Of a stretch of 64,000 nucleotides of DNA, positions 48,681-60,400 are shown one piece after another. This stretch comes from Pelomyxa schiedti. Its lineage: Eukaryota > Protista > Evosea. How positions within the stretch are numbered: position 1 is the first letter of the stretch; each line of letters opens with the position of its first letter. Made by a program: the position numbers and the translations under genes. The notes below the pieces were generated by a model, which was not told where the DNA came from, made no database searches, and saw only the letters and a list, made by a program, of their open reading frames with translations. Location: the NCBI GenBank assembly GCA_020536535.1, contig JAHLWZ010000187.1, positions 62,001-126,000 on the forward strand, given 5' to 3'.

Positions 48681-51600
48681 ATGACGTCGTTCCAGGTCCC
48701 ACTTGGTATCAATCAAAAAAATCCACCTCCCACAATCCCCTCTTTGTGTCTCTCTGTTTCTTTTTAATTTTTTTTTTTGTCCCTGTGGATATAGAAAATA
48801 AAACCATAGCTTGCGTGAACGTCCCTATTAACATTGTGGGTTGCGTAAACAACAGACGTGGAGGGCCTGTTCAAATTTGCAGATGCTGATGGAGATGGTA
48901 TTTTGAATACAAGTGACCTCACAAAGTTATTGATGAGGTCAAAACTTCCTCAAGAAGTTTTGGCAAGGGTATATTTCTTATGGACCCTTGTTTTTTTTTT
49001 TTTTTTTTTGCTTCTGTGTCCCCTTTTACATTTTTTTCCCTTTTTCAGGTCTGGGAAATACTCAGCAAGTCAGGCATGAATATACAGTCCAGAGAGTTTT
49101 TCTTTGCAGTCTTGAGAATGGTGGCAGCGGTGCAACAAGGCAGGGATATATCACAGCCCTGTTATGGTGTGGTGCCATGATGTGGATGTATATTTCTAGC
49201 TTAAAATTACAAGGCCTTGCTCCACCACAGTTTGAGGGATACAAACCACCCCTGGATCCTTGGGCAATATCGCCTGAAAACACTATGAAGTATGGAGCAA
49301 TTTTTGACCAAAGTAAGGACTTGCAGAAAACTATGTCAAGTAACTTCTCAAGTATCCAGTTTTCTCTGACTGATAAAATTTTAAGGAAGCAGGTTTAATC
49401 AACTTGTTGCATTTATTCCTCCCGCTGATGCTGGGAGAATTTGGTATACCCTATTCCACAGAAAAACCATGTAACTGTGAGATGGTTCTTAACAACCCTA
49501 GGGACATTGCCGATAATGATCACGACACAGCTCTGTCCCGTGCCGAGTTCATTGTTGGGATGCACTTGGCCAGCTGTAGAGCGAATATGTGTGATATCCC
49601 CTCAGCACTATCTCCATCTATACTGTCATTTCTTCAGCAAAGTAAGCAGTCCATGGGAACCCAGTCTTTATTTTCTGGGGGTGCCTCCACCATGATGTCA
49701 GGACTTGGCCTTACTAGTTTGCCACCAAGTACTAGTAATTCGTTTGCCATGTCTGGCATAAACAGAGGTGGCGCAATGACTGGTAGCATCAACCTCGGTA
49801 CTAATGTCACCAGTTCCCCTGGTGTTGCTATTGGTTCGACTACACCCACTATACCAGTTACTGGAACTGGTTTCACGACAGGTGGACGCAGCAATCTCAC
49901 ACAACCAACCAGTCCACAACTAACTGCTACACAACCGACTATGGTTCAGCCTGTGAAACCGGTATTCTTATTTCTTGGTCCTTATTCTAGTAACACTTCG
50001 TAATGCACAGACGGTGCCTGTGGTTGCAAAACGAAACTATGACCTTGGGGATCTTAGACCACCCCCAACAAATGCTCCCCTCTCTCTTGATCCCATGCCT
50101 TCCCTTGGGCAGCCCCTATCCTCCTCCTCCACTTTCAATCAATCTCCTCGGTTGGACCCAAAATCCCTTTTTGAAAGTAGTTCAGTTTTCGATTCCTTGG
50201 ACAACACCCCAGCAATTGCATCCTCTACTGTACCCATAAAACCAGTTTCATCAGTCATAACAGTCCCAAGCAAACCAAATACCTCCAATTTGGCCTCGTC
50301 AGGTTCTCTCACAGCTTCGAGTGGTCCTCTAATATCTCAGATATCAGTTCCCGTTCCATCACCCAGTCCTTCCATTGTTACTACACAACAACCTGCCTCT
50401 CCCATGTCACAGTCTGGCACTGTGGTAACTCAACTTGGTAGCTCTTTTGCAACCGTTTATACCCCTCAAATGACAACAACAGCATCAGGAGGACTTCGTC
50501 AGGTTTCTATCCAAAAGGGGAGGGAAGTAAACTTTTGTCTTAAAGAAAACAGGAGATTCTAAATACAAAAGAGTGCATCAAACAAGTTCAAGACAAAGGC
50601 ATAGATACCCAAATATCCATTGCTGCTGAGCAAGCTGAAGAGGCACATTTAAAGAAGGTATTCAAAAGCCCTATCTCTCACAAAGACTTGTGGAATAAAA
50701 CACAACTGTTTAGGATCTCAGTGACTTGCAAGCTAAGCTGGCAGTTTTTACTGAGCAGTTTGCAGACTCATCTCGTCAATTTCAGGTGGTGAAAAGTGCA
50801 AATGACGCTGTCAGGGTACCTTTTCCCTTCTCTCATTTCTCCCTTAAAGAAATGCAGCTGGAAATAGAAAACAAAAAGAAGACTCTCATGCAAATGACCA
50901 AAGAGATGCAAGAAGCAAAGGCGGCACAAAAAGTTGAGCAGGATGCCATAGGCGAATTGAAAGAACAACTAAGCACCCTCTCCAACCAAATTGCCGTGTG
51001 TATGATTGGATGAAAAAAGGTGGCTTACCAATTCTTTCAGGAACAAATGAGACTTCGTGACCAAGCGAATGATGAAATGGTGATTATTACAACAACCAAA
51101 AATGGTCTTCAGGAAACTATACAACAGTCACACATAGCACTCAAGGCATCAGAGGCAGAAGTCTGTGAGCAGATAGCCAAAGTGGATACCGCTCGAGCAG
51201 AAAAAGTGCTGTTAGAGCAACAATCTCAGGCTTGCAGAGAGGAACTTGCAAAAGTCCAAGAGGAGATAAGAAAGTTGAACGAGTCCCTAACAAAAGAGAA
51301 GAAAGAGATAGAACAGATACAGAGGGAAAACGAGCTGAAGAAAAAAGAGGCGGAGAAAGATAGGATAACCTTGGAGAAATTGAAAAAAGACCTTTCTAAT
51401 GTCATGGGAGAGTTAGAGCGAGCTAGAAATGAGGCACAAAAAGCAAAAACTACATCGAGCTATGTGAAAGCTGAAATGGAGAAGGTGAGCAGAGAAATAG
51501 AAGTTCAAATATCTGGAAAACGAGATTTAGAGAAAGAACCAGAAGTAGGAAGTGTTAGTGGGAGTGTTGGAGCCAAGGTCGAGGAGGAAAAGAAATCCGA

Positions 51601-53883
51601 AAAATCTGCAGATAGCAGCCAATCTGGATCTCAGAAGCACCACCGTCATTTGCATAGAACAAGTGCCACGTCAGAGACTGCAGCATCTCCTGCTAACCCC
51701 GCCGCGGTTGGTGTACCTGAAAGAAGCAAAGTAAGTCTCCCCTGTTAATTTCCTGAAAAAAACCTTCCACAGAGTGGTACACTTGGTAATATTCGACCGA
51801 GGTCCACAAGTTTAGCAGAAAGATTTGCTAGCAAGCTTCCTGTATTTGCTGGGAAAGGCCCTCACCACGGCGCCGTACCGCCAGTAGCTACCGGCACCTC
51901 ACTACCTCCCCCAGCGGCTCCGATTCAACGAACAAAGACACCCCCAGTTCCTGGAGCACTTCCTACCCAGCTTCTCACCCCAAACCAAACATCGCACCAT
52001 TCATCTACATCCGACTCTTCACAGCACATGGCTCATCTAACACCACCACAATCACCTAACCTTTTTCCACAGCAAATGGGGTTGCGTGCCCCTCTAGGTA
52101 GTCATCAACCATCAAACACCACCATTTCTTCAGGGGCTCAATCCTTCATTCCGTGGCCTGACCCATCTTTGGTGTTTGGTCCCAGGTTCATCATGACTTA
52201 CACAACAAATCCACTTAACCATGAGATTACGGCACACACACTTGGGCCTTATTCTCTTGGTTTCCACATTCCACCTCCCACCCCTACCCTAACACCAGGC
52301 AGCGCCATCTCTCCAACAAATCTGCTACTAAAGCGAAATAGTGCATCTTTTACACATACTACTCCCTCTTCTTCACCATCGACATCTACTCCCCCACAAT
52401 CACCTCAGCCCTTTATAAACGACGAGACCTTTAACCCCTTTGGCACACCATCAACTCCTACAAACACTCGTGCTTCAGAGGTTCCTCCCTCCAATCCTGC
52501 TAAGGTTGACGACCTTTTCGGCACTTCTTTTGCGTTTCCTCCAGCTCGGAATAGCGAAGAACAGTCATTTCCAGCACACACAGACCAATTTGGCTTTTCC
52601 TCCTCGGATAGTTTATTTGGAAATTCTTCTTTCACCTCCGAAAGTAGCACACTTGGCAACAGTCAGGTGTTAAATACTTCCTTGGATCTTACGCAATCAG
52701 GAGCAGAGGAAAAGAAAGAAGACACAACACCCAAGCCCACAGAAAATCTGTTTTCATCATCAATAGATTTTGGAGCTTTCCCGGTTTCATTTGACGCACC
52801 CACCACAACTACCAGTACAACTGAGCCAGATAAAAAAGTTACTTCACAGGAAGAGGCTGTCTTGGCAGGTGACATTCTTCCTCCACCATTAGAAGATATG
52901 CCACCTTCACCAAAATCTGTGGAGAGCCCAGTTGTACAACAAACAGCGCCAGCTATAAATACCCAAATAACACAAAGCGCAGATTTGCCAACTCAACTTA
53001 CAACAGCAGAAACCCTAGTAGATTCCCAACTGGATTTCCAAGTTCCACCCCCACCACAACCAACTTCAGAAACCCTCTCTGAAACGCCAGCAACTACACA
53101 ATCTTCGGCATCTCTCTTTCCATCAAGTTCTGATAACTGGATTTCTTTCAGTCAACCAGACATCCCCTCTTTCACGAATCCGACTCTCACATCTTCCACT
53201 TCAGGCAATCTTGGCAATACAACATCTTTCTTCAGTAGCTCCAGTGACAACTTCTTCGATTCAACACTCACTTCACCTCTTCCCGATGCACCTCAAGCTC
53301 CTTCAGATACCGGGAAATTTTCGTCATTCAATCGTGCGGTTTCATTTCCTGCCACTTCAGCATTCTCTCCTTTCAACTCCTCCGAATTTAACCCGTTTGG
53401 AACGGATTCAGACAATACTGAAAATCGGCCCAAAGAAACGCCGGAATCATCCTCGCCCTTACCTACCTACACGTCCTCCAACAATGAAACAGAAGACAAA
53501 AAGCACAGGACCCACCACAATTATAAACACCGGTCTGAGGCCTTTGGTAACAAAAGCTACTCATTCACGGTATGTTCCCAATTACCACTCAAACCCCAAA
53601 ACCTTCCCCTCTCCACCAAACCAACAAACAAAGCAACCCTCAACACTAGACAAATACAAATACATAAAAAAACCTAACAACAACCAACAAAAAAACAAAA
53701 AACAAACAGAGCACTGGGTCATCATCATCACCAACATCAGCTACGCCCACATCATTAGGCACATCAGGACTCGCACAGGGGGGGACACCAGACACACCCC
53801 CTCCTAGTTCATCACCACCTCCCGGCCATCACCACATTCACCACCGCCATCACAGTTCCACCTCAAAGAAGCAGCAGTCATGA
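48681..53883 (+). CDS. EH-domain endocytic scaffold (Eps15/Ede1-like): 2 EH + coiled coil + Pro/Ser/NPF-rich tail
   Basis: LFKFADADGDGIL...SKLPQEVLAR|VWE; WAISPENTMKYGAIF...IADNDHDTALSRAEFIVGMHL; heptads at 50730-51530; FNPFG motifs; stop TGA 53881-53883. Confidence 0.8.
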
Positions 53884-54230
53884 TGGATGGCAACCCAAAT
53901 TACCCCCCCACTATCCCACACAATCTCACCAATGCCTCAACATCCCACACACCCACCTCTTGCGATTTTATATTGTACTCTCTAAATTCCACACCCCCCC
54001 CCATGTCCCCCAACACAAACCAACACAGGCCCCTTCACCAAACATCACGAAAATGCGGTACAGCTAGCAAATGGAGAGATTTTTTTTTTCATTTTGGATT
54101 CTTGAACTAGACCTAGTCTGCACCAAGTTTCAGGGTTTGATTTCTTGAGCACCCAACTTGGGCTCTTGAGCTCCCCGACGAAACTCTGTTTTTTCCAACA
54201 GCAAGAAACAGAAATAACGAGAAATCACGA

Positions 54231-57200
54231 ATGGCATCGGGTTACTTGTGTCGGGTAACTAATGCCATGTCGGGCGCAGATTTCCAATTGTCTGACTCAG
54301 CTCCATTGTAAAATCCTGTTCTTTTTCTGCGTTTGTTATCGTATCGGCGTATTTAGTGTTCTTGTTGTGCTTTTTTCGTTGGCACGAAGTAACACATGCA
54401 AATACTCTGAAAGGTCTATGGACTGCATTATGGGACATATTAGAAGATGGGGGTTAAGTGGGGATATTACTATATTAGTGGAATCAAAAAATCCTCCAGA
54501 ACAGTGTCAAACTATTCACTTGGTACCTTTCATTTGTATTTTTTTTTCCTCCTTTTGGTACTATAAATAAGTGGCTTCATTCATGTTTGGTCTTATTGTT
54601 TGAAATAATAATTTGACATTTGTCACACAGATGGAGAAAAATGTGAAATTAGTTGTATATGCGACACTCACACCAAATGTGAAATTCAGTAAGGGAGCAG
54701 ATGGGCCCTCATTAGGTATTCCAATGTGAGGTGCGTTTATCTATCTCATTTTTTTTTATTTGAAGAAAGCAGCGACATGATGGCACAACGTTTGGAGAGG
54801 CATGTGTACTCACTATCTATCTTATTGGAATTCTTGCAAATATCCCTTGGGTACGTATGCAACCCCTAATTTATAATGAAAGTATTCGAGCCGTTTTTTT
54901 TTTTTTTTTTTATCTATGAATGTTCAAATTGTTACACACACAGATCTACACAAGACCTCTTCAAAGAAAAAATCTGTACTCTTAAGACCCAGCTTCAGGA
55001 ATTTAAGGACTCTCTGGCACGACTTGCTCAAGATCCATCAATTCCAAATGAAATAGAAAGAAATGCTGCGGTTTGCCGAACAGTGATAAGTGTGACCCCT
55101 GGTTTCATGTGCCGACGTCCATTAACCATATTTGCTCAGAGAATGTTGAAGATCACATTGCAACAAAAGAGAGGCAAGGATGTAAGAATTTCGATTTATT
55201 GGCCTCTCTACGTGATACCAACAATAGACTATTGTATGAATTTCCTTACTGTACTGCCCCACTCAACCTTCCACTCAAGGCCCACAAAGAGTGATATACG
55301 CCGAATTGTGGGTAAGTCGCCAATCTGAGGCGTCTTGAATCAATACATGATAAAATTGTTATATTCCCTTTGTTTTTTACCTGACTCAGAAACTGTCTCT
55401 CGGGATCCAGACTCTAGTGCAGTAGTATATGCCACAATTTTCAAAATAATAGCTCTAACTTGTCAAGGATGACTGCTCGGCAGACATAAAAAAAAAGATA
55501 CTAGATGCTTTGACTTCTTTTACTATGTACCAGTCTCAAATTGGCTGCTTATCTTTTGACACCACCAGCTTAAAAGATACTAAGTCATTCTGTGACGCTA
55601 TGGAGACCATGAAAAAACTGTCTGCCCAAAAGTTTGAGACTATTCTATTTGCTGTGAAGCATCCCAAAGTATGCAAAATGCCTGGAACAACTCCGGTACC
55701 GACATTAACACTATATGAAGGTTACCGAGGCGTACCAAGAAGAGTTGGCTAAGAGAACTCGTTTCCTTGTACCTCCACAAGTTTTATCTGCAATTTTCAA
55801 CTTTTAATTGGAGACTAGAAGATGGTCCAGCAACAGGTGGATGCTTTGAAGGAGACATTGACGAAACAATCTGAAGTCGAATATGACCGACAAACTACGT
55901 ATGTGAGGGGATGAGCATCAATTTTCTGGTTTGTGCCTTACTGAATGACAGGTTCAATGAACAGTTTTCTCAAAGTATGAAAACTCATTGGAATTTGCCC
56001 CCTGAGGTTCCTCAGTTCATTGTTGACTTGCAAAAACCGTGCTCTGTATGCCGACGGGTAACACTTAAAAACTAATGAGGTTTTTTTAGGTTGCAAGGCC
56101 ACAGTTTGAGAAAACTCGTCCCGACACAACCTGTACAGTAATGAAGCTACATGTAAGCAATGCCTCCACCCATCATTTTACCCGAATTTGAACCGATTCT
56201 GCGGAAACAACTCACACAGCATAGGAGGAAACAAACCGCTTGAAAGAGGAACATACCAACACAACAAAGCAACTGCACGAAAAAGAGGAGCAAGTGCGAG
56301 ATCTTGAAACTGAGCTGAGTCGCTTAAGAGCGCAAGTTGAAGCCGTCACTGCAGAAAAGACAGAGCTTTTGGCTCAAGTGGCACAAATTCGGACTGAGAA
56401 CACTGGCCTCAATACTGACAACGCGAAGCTCCGTGCCGAGAAAGTCCGGCTTCAAGATGAAAATCTGAAGCTGAAGAACGAGAACGGCATGCTCAAGGCA
56501 GAAAACGTCAAGTACCTCGACGAAAACACCAAGTACCTCGCCGAAAACACCAAGTACCTCGCCGAAAACACCAGTTGCGCGGACGAAATTTCCCGTATCA
56601 GGAAGGAGAATGACGTGATGAAAGCGGAAAACGCAAGGCTCAACGGCGGTATGGGAAATTCCCCTGAAAACAACCCTCAAATACCTGACTGTGTGTTTCA
56701 TTGAAAGAGGTAAGCAGGGAAAAACAGGAGCGGGAGGCACAGGTGAACGGACTCAAAGTCCTCAATGAAGCATCTCTCAGCCTGGTGTGTCAGCAGTACT
56801 TTCAATTTCTTTTTCTAATTTTCTATCGGCCGATAAATAGCTTAAATTTTCTGTTCCTCTTGCCGGGTGTGTATTTATATCCTGGATCGTTTGAAATTGA
56901 CATTTTTAAAAAGGTTTTTGGCCAATCACCACTGCTTCGTTGTCAAACTGGACAAATTATTTTTTATTGCTGCCCCAGCCACCAATGTTGTGTACATAAT
57001 CGAGCCCTTCTCCGCAGCCAAGTTCGATAACATGTCACTGCAGTTTGTTTCCTCACTTAGTTTTCATTTGTGCTCACACAGTCACAGAAGAATCAATGTT
57101 GGAGGGGTAACAGTGGGATTCAGTGTAGGACACGCGACAGGCAAACAAATTTCATGTGCACCAGAAAAATACCACTTGCCTGGCACAGTCTCTGTCTTTG

Positions 57201-57232
57201 AGGTTGCTGTTGACCCACTGGAATTCTCATAA
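54231..57232 (+). CDS. Multi-exon hypothetical protein with coiled coil and an unassigned C-terminal beta-rich domain
   Basis: Consistent chain of GT-AG-bounded exons; coiled coil 56240-56650; C-terminal FLKRFLANHHCFVVKLDKLFFIAAP...VYIIEP. Could be two genes. Confidence 0.5.
56501..56572 (+). repeat. 21-nt coding tandem repeat (ENTKYLA heptad) in the coiled coil
   Basis: GAAAACACCAAGTACCTCGCC-like unit, about 3.5 copies. Confidence 0.9.
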
Positions 57233-57472
57233 TATGTGTCTTGGTTTTGTTCAAGAAAATAGATTTTGGCCGTCTCTGTGTATTCTGCTCTCTAGTATTT
57301 CTCTGTTATTTTTTGGAGTCTTGTCCAAAACAAAAAACCAAAGCGTTTTCAGAAAACCCCAAAATGGGAGAATAAAGAAAACCCAGACTGGGCCTGCCTG
57401 CAAAAAAATCGAGCTCTATTCCAGTCTGTTGATTATTTTATTCCCCCAAGTCGGGACCCGTATTGGCCCCGA

Positions 57473-60400
57473 ATGGGTAGATAAGCCAACGAACCACTAC
57501 CAACACTTTTTTTCCCGCCCCCACACCAAACTGGTTGGTGGCAACAATAACTTTTTTTTCCCCCCCCACAGCTGGCTTCATTTCGCACACCACAACAAGT
57601 GGTTGTCCAACTGATCCCAGCAGTTCCACCGCCCCCACGACCTCGAGTTCCAACCGCTCTGCCCTTTCGAACCGGTCAGGAACACGCCACAGGAAAGCAC
57701 CCATTGATGCAGTTGCAATTCCCACTTGCGCCGTGGAGCAGCGACAGGACTGGCTCCGGTGTGAGAGCCGGGTGAATATCCACCTCGTACTGGCATTTGA
57801 ACTGCTTGGTTTCAAGGCAGTTCCCATCGACGGCACTTTCGAGAACAATGAGCTGGCCCTCTCGGTGCTGTCTCAGATGTGCTCTGAGGAAGACAAGAGC
57901 AATGGGGTTGAGGATGCAAGCCACTGCCGGGATTTGGCTCCACCACTGGACAAAGTGGAAGCAAAAGGGGTAGCGACGAACCGGCCCTCCCCACTTGCAC
58001 TTTTGACCATTTCCCGAACTAGTGCAAGATTGAAATGCTATGGTATATCTCTCAATAAGGTGTTTCATCATATTGGGAAAGCTTTTAAACCAGATGAACA
58101 GAGCACTGTGATGAATTTCCAGAAAAGTGTGAGTCACATACTGGAGGTTTTTGACACAAATGTCTCCCTTGAGGCCAGCATTGCCTTTTCACCCCTTGAT
58201 ATTCAGTTGGACCTATTTCAGGTCACATTTGGCGATTGTGTAAAACTCGGGGTAGTTAGCAAGCCGGAATCAAAAATAGACAGTGAAGTGGGGAACAAGG
58301 GAAACACAACACATACCCTTGAAGCTGAATTAAAACTCACTATGGGCTCAGTTATGGGCTTTATAAGGAACATCCTTCTTGATCAGCCATCAATTGCTGA
58401 CACCTTGGAGGTGATAACACAGACAAAATTCTTGACACTGACGGAGACATCTCTTTTCCACATTATTATCAAACTTGATCTAGGTGGAGGGAAGGGAATG
58501 GTGATGGAGCACTTCTCTCTCTTTGTGGGACCCATCACTCTCCTTGGGGTACCACTGAACATTACAACTAACTTACCCACGTCGAGTGATCAAGTCAACC
58601 CCAGAAGATCGCTCTCCTTGGCACTACAAAAGCCAATACTTCCACTTGGAGAAGAGACTACCTTGCTCTCCATTGTCTCGAAACTTCATGCACTTCCCCC
58701 TAAGATCCAGGATGTACTGCAGAAATTCGTGCTTAAAGACTACAAGTTATTGCTATCACTGCCAGTGGATTCTGGGGGATTGTCAACCCTTCTAGAACTT
58801 TCTTTTGCTTTCTACATTAATGTGTCTCTCCGTTCTCGTAATGCTATCAGCTGCCAGGCTTGCCTGCTGCACAACCCATTGCAGACATGTGTTGTGGTGT
58901 TGTTTGATAACTTGGAGTTATTTACGATCATAAGTGCCATCTTTGGCACTTCCTTCGGTCTACCTTTGCGTCTCTATATATGCCAGTTCCTGCTTCTTCA
59001 TCAATCCACGAGCGCAACAGTACCTTGTTCAACACCAGAGTCTTTTGTCACCTCATTTTTTTCTGAAAATGAAGAGAGGCAATTCCAAAATATGTCTGGC
59101 CAGCAGCTGGCACTTAAACAGGAGGAAAGGATTCTTTTACAGAAATCTTGTCAAAAATTGCTTAAGCGGAAGGAAGATACCTTTCTTTGCCTTACCATTT
59201 CTTGTTACCTCACTGGACAACTTTTTGACATGCTGCACCTTGAAGGAACAACTCTTGTGGGAAAGCTTATGATTTTGGACGAATCTCCACAATTGAAGAT
59301 CAGCCTCCCAGAACTTAAACTACCTGGCTTGGATCCTGGCAAAGCCTCTTTGCTGCTGAGTCCTGGGGGAGTTGAAATTAAGACCACTCTGAAGTTTTCC
59401 CATAATCTGAAGTTAGAAGCTTCTCTTAAAGGCAGCATAACCAGTCGTTCAGTGAGAGGTAGGGTCACACTTGATGAGGATGAAAAGGGTGAAAAGCCTG
59501 GTATTCCCCTATCACTATTTATTCCTGGAAGCCTGCCCTTTATCAAAAATCTGGCCGTATATGGACTGCAGGGGGAAGTTGGTGTTTCCTTCCCACCACT
59601 AAATGTATCCATCCTCCTTGGTGGGGGAATTAGGGTGCTTTGGGAAGATGGGCCAAAGCCATTCATGGAGGCAGTAGTCAGAGCCACTGTGCTAGTGTGT
59701 GCACCTCCGGCAATCTCAATAACAACACTTTACGTTGCATGTGCTGACATCACTCTTGGCTCACTTATTCGGATTGTCACTGGGTGGTCCTACAAGGATG
59801 TGCAGCTCCTCGATACTATATTTCCTGTTGTGAAAGAGTTGGCCTTTCTGTGTAAGGTTGATGACAAAGAACTTGAAACAGTACCATCGATGCCAAACAC
59901 AGAGTCGGCAAAACAAAACTCTCTGGTGCATGTAATTCAAATGTTCTCGGAAAGGAAAAAAGGATCGCCACTATTACTGGCACATGAGCAATGCCTTGCA
60001 TTTGTAGCACATCTTTCCTGGCTCGGCCTGGAGGGAAAAGTGGTTTTCTTTTCTAAGGTGGGGAGTACGGGTGCTGCCCTTCTTTTCCAGCTTATGATTG
60101 AAAACTGGGAATGTAAAGTAGGCTCCATTGTTCTCTTCAAACTTGGACATGGATCTTCAGGAAAGGGTCTAGATATAAAATTGCTGTTAGACACAAAATC
60201 CAGACAAGCTTCTTTCGACCTTGAGGCTTATATTGAGGTCCTCCCTGGAATTCTAGGATTTACAATTCAAGCTGAAGTTCATTTTGGAAATGGTGGGCGA
60301 CCTGGCAGTGTCACTTCCTCAGGGAAAAAGCAAGACAACGGCTTGCATTTGGAGATTGCTGTTAAAATATCTTTCTCAAGAAGGGAAAATTGTGAAGATA

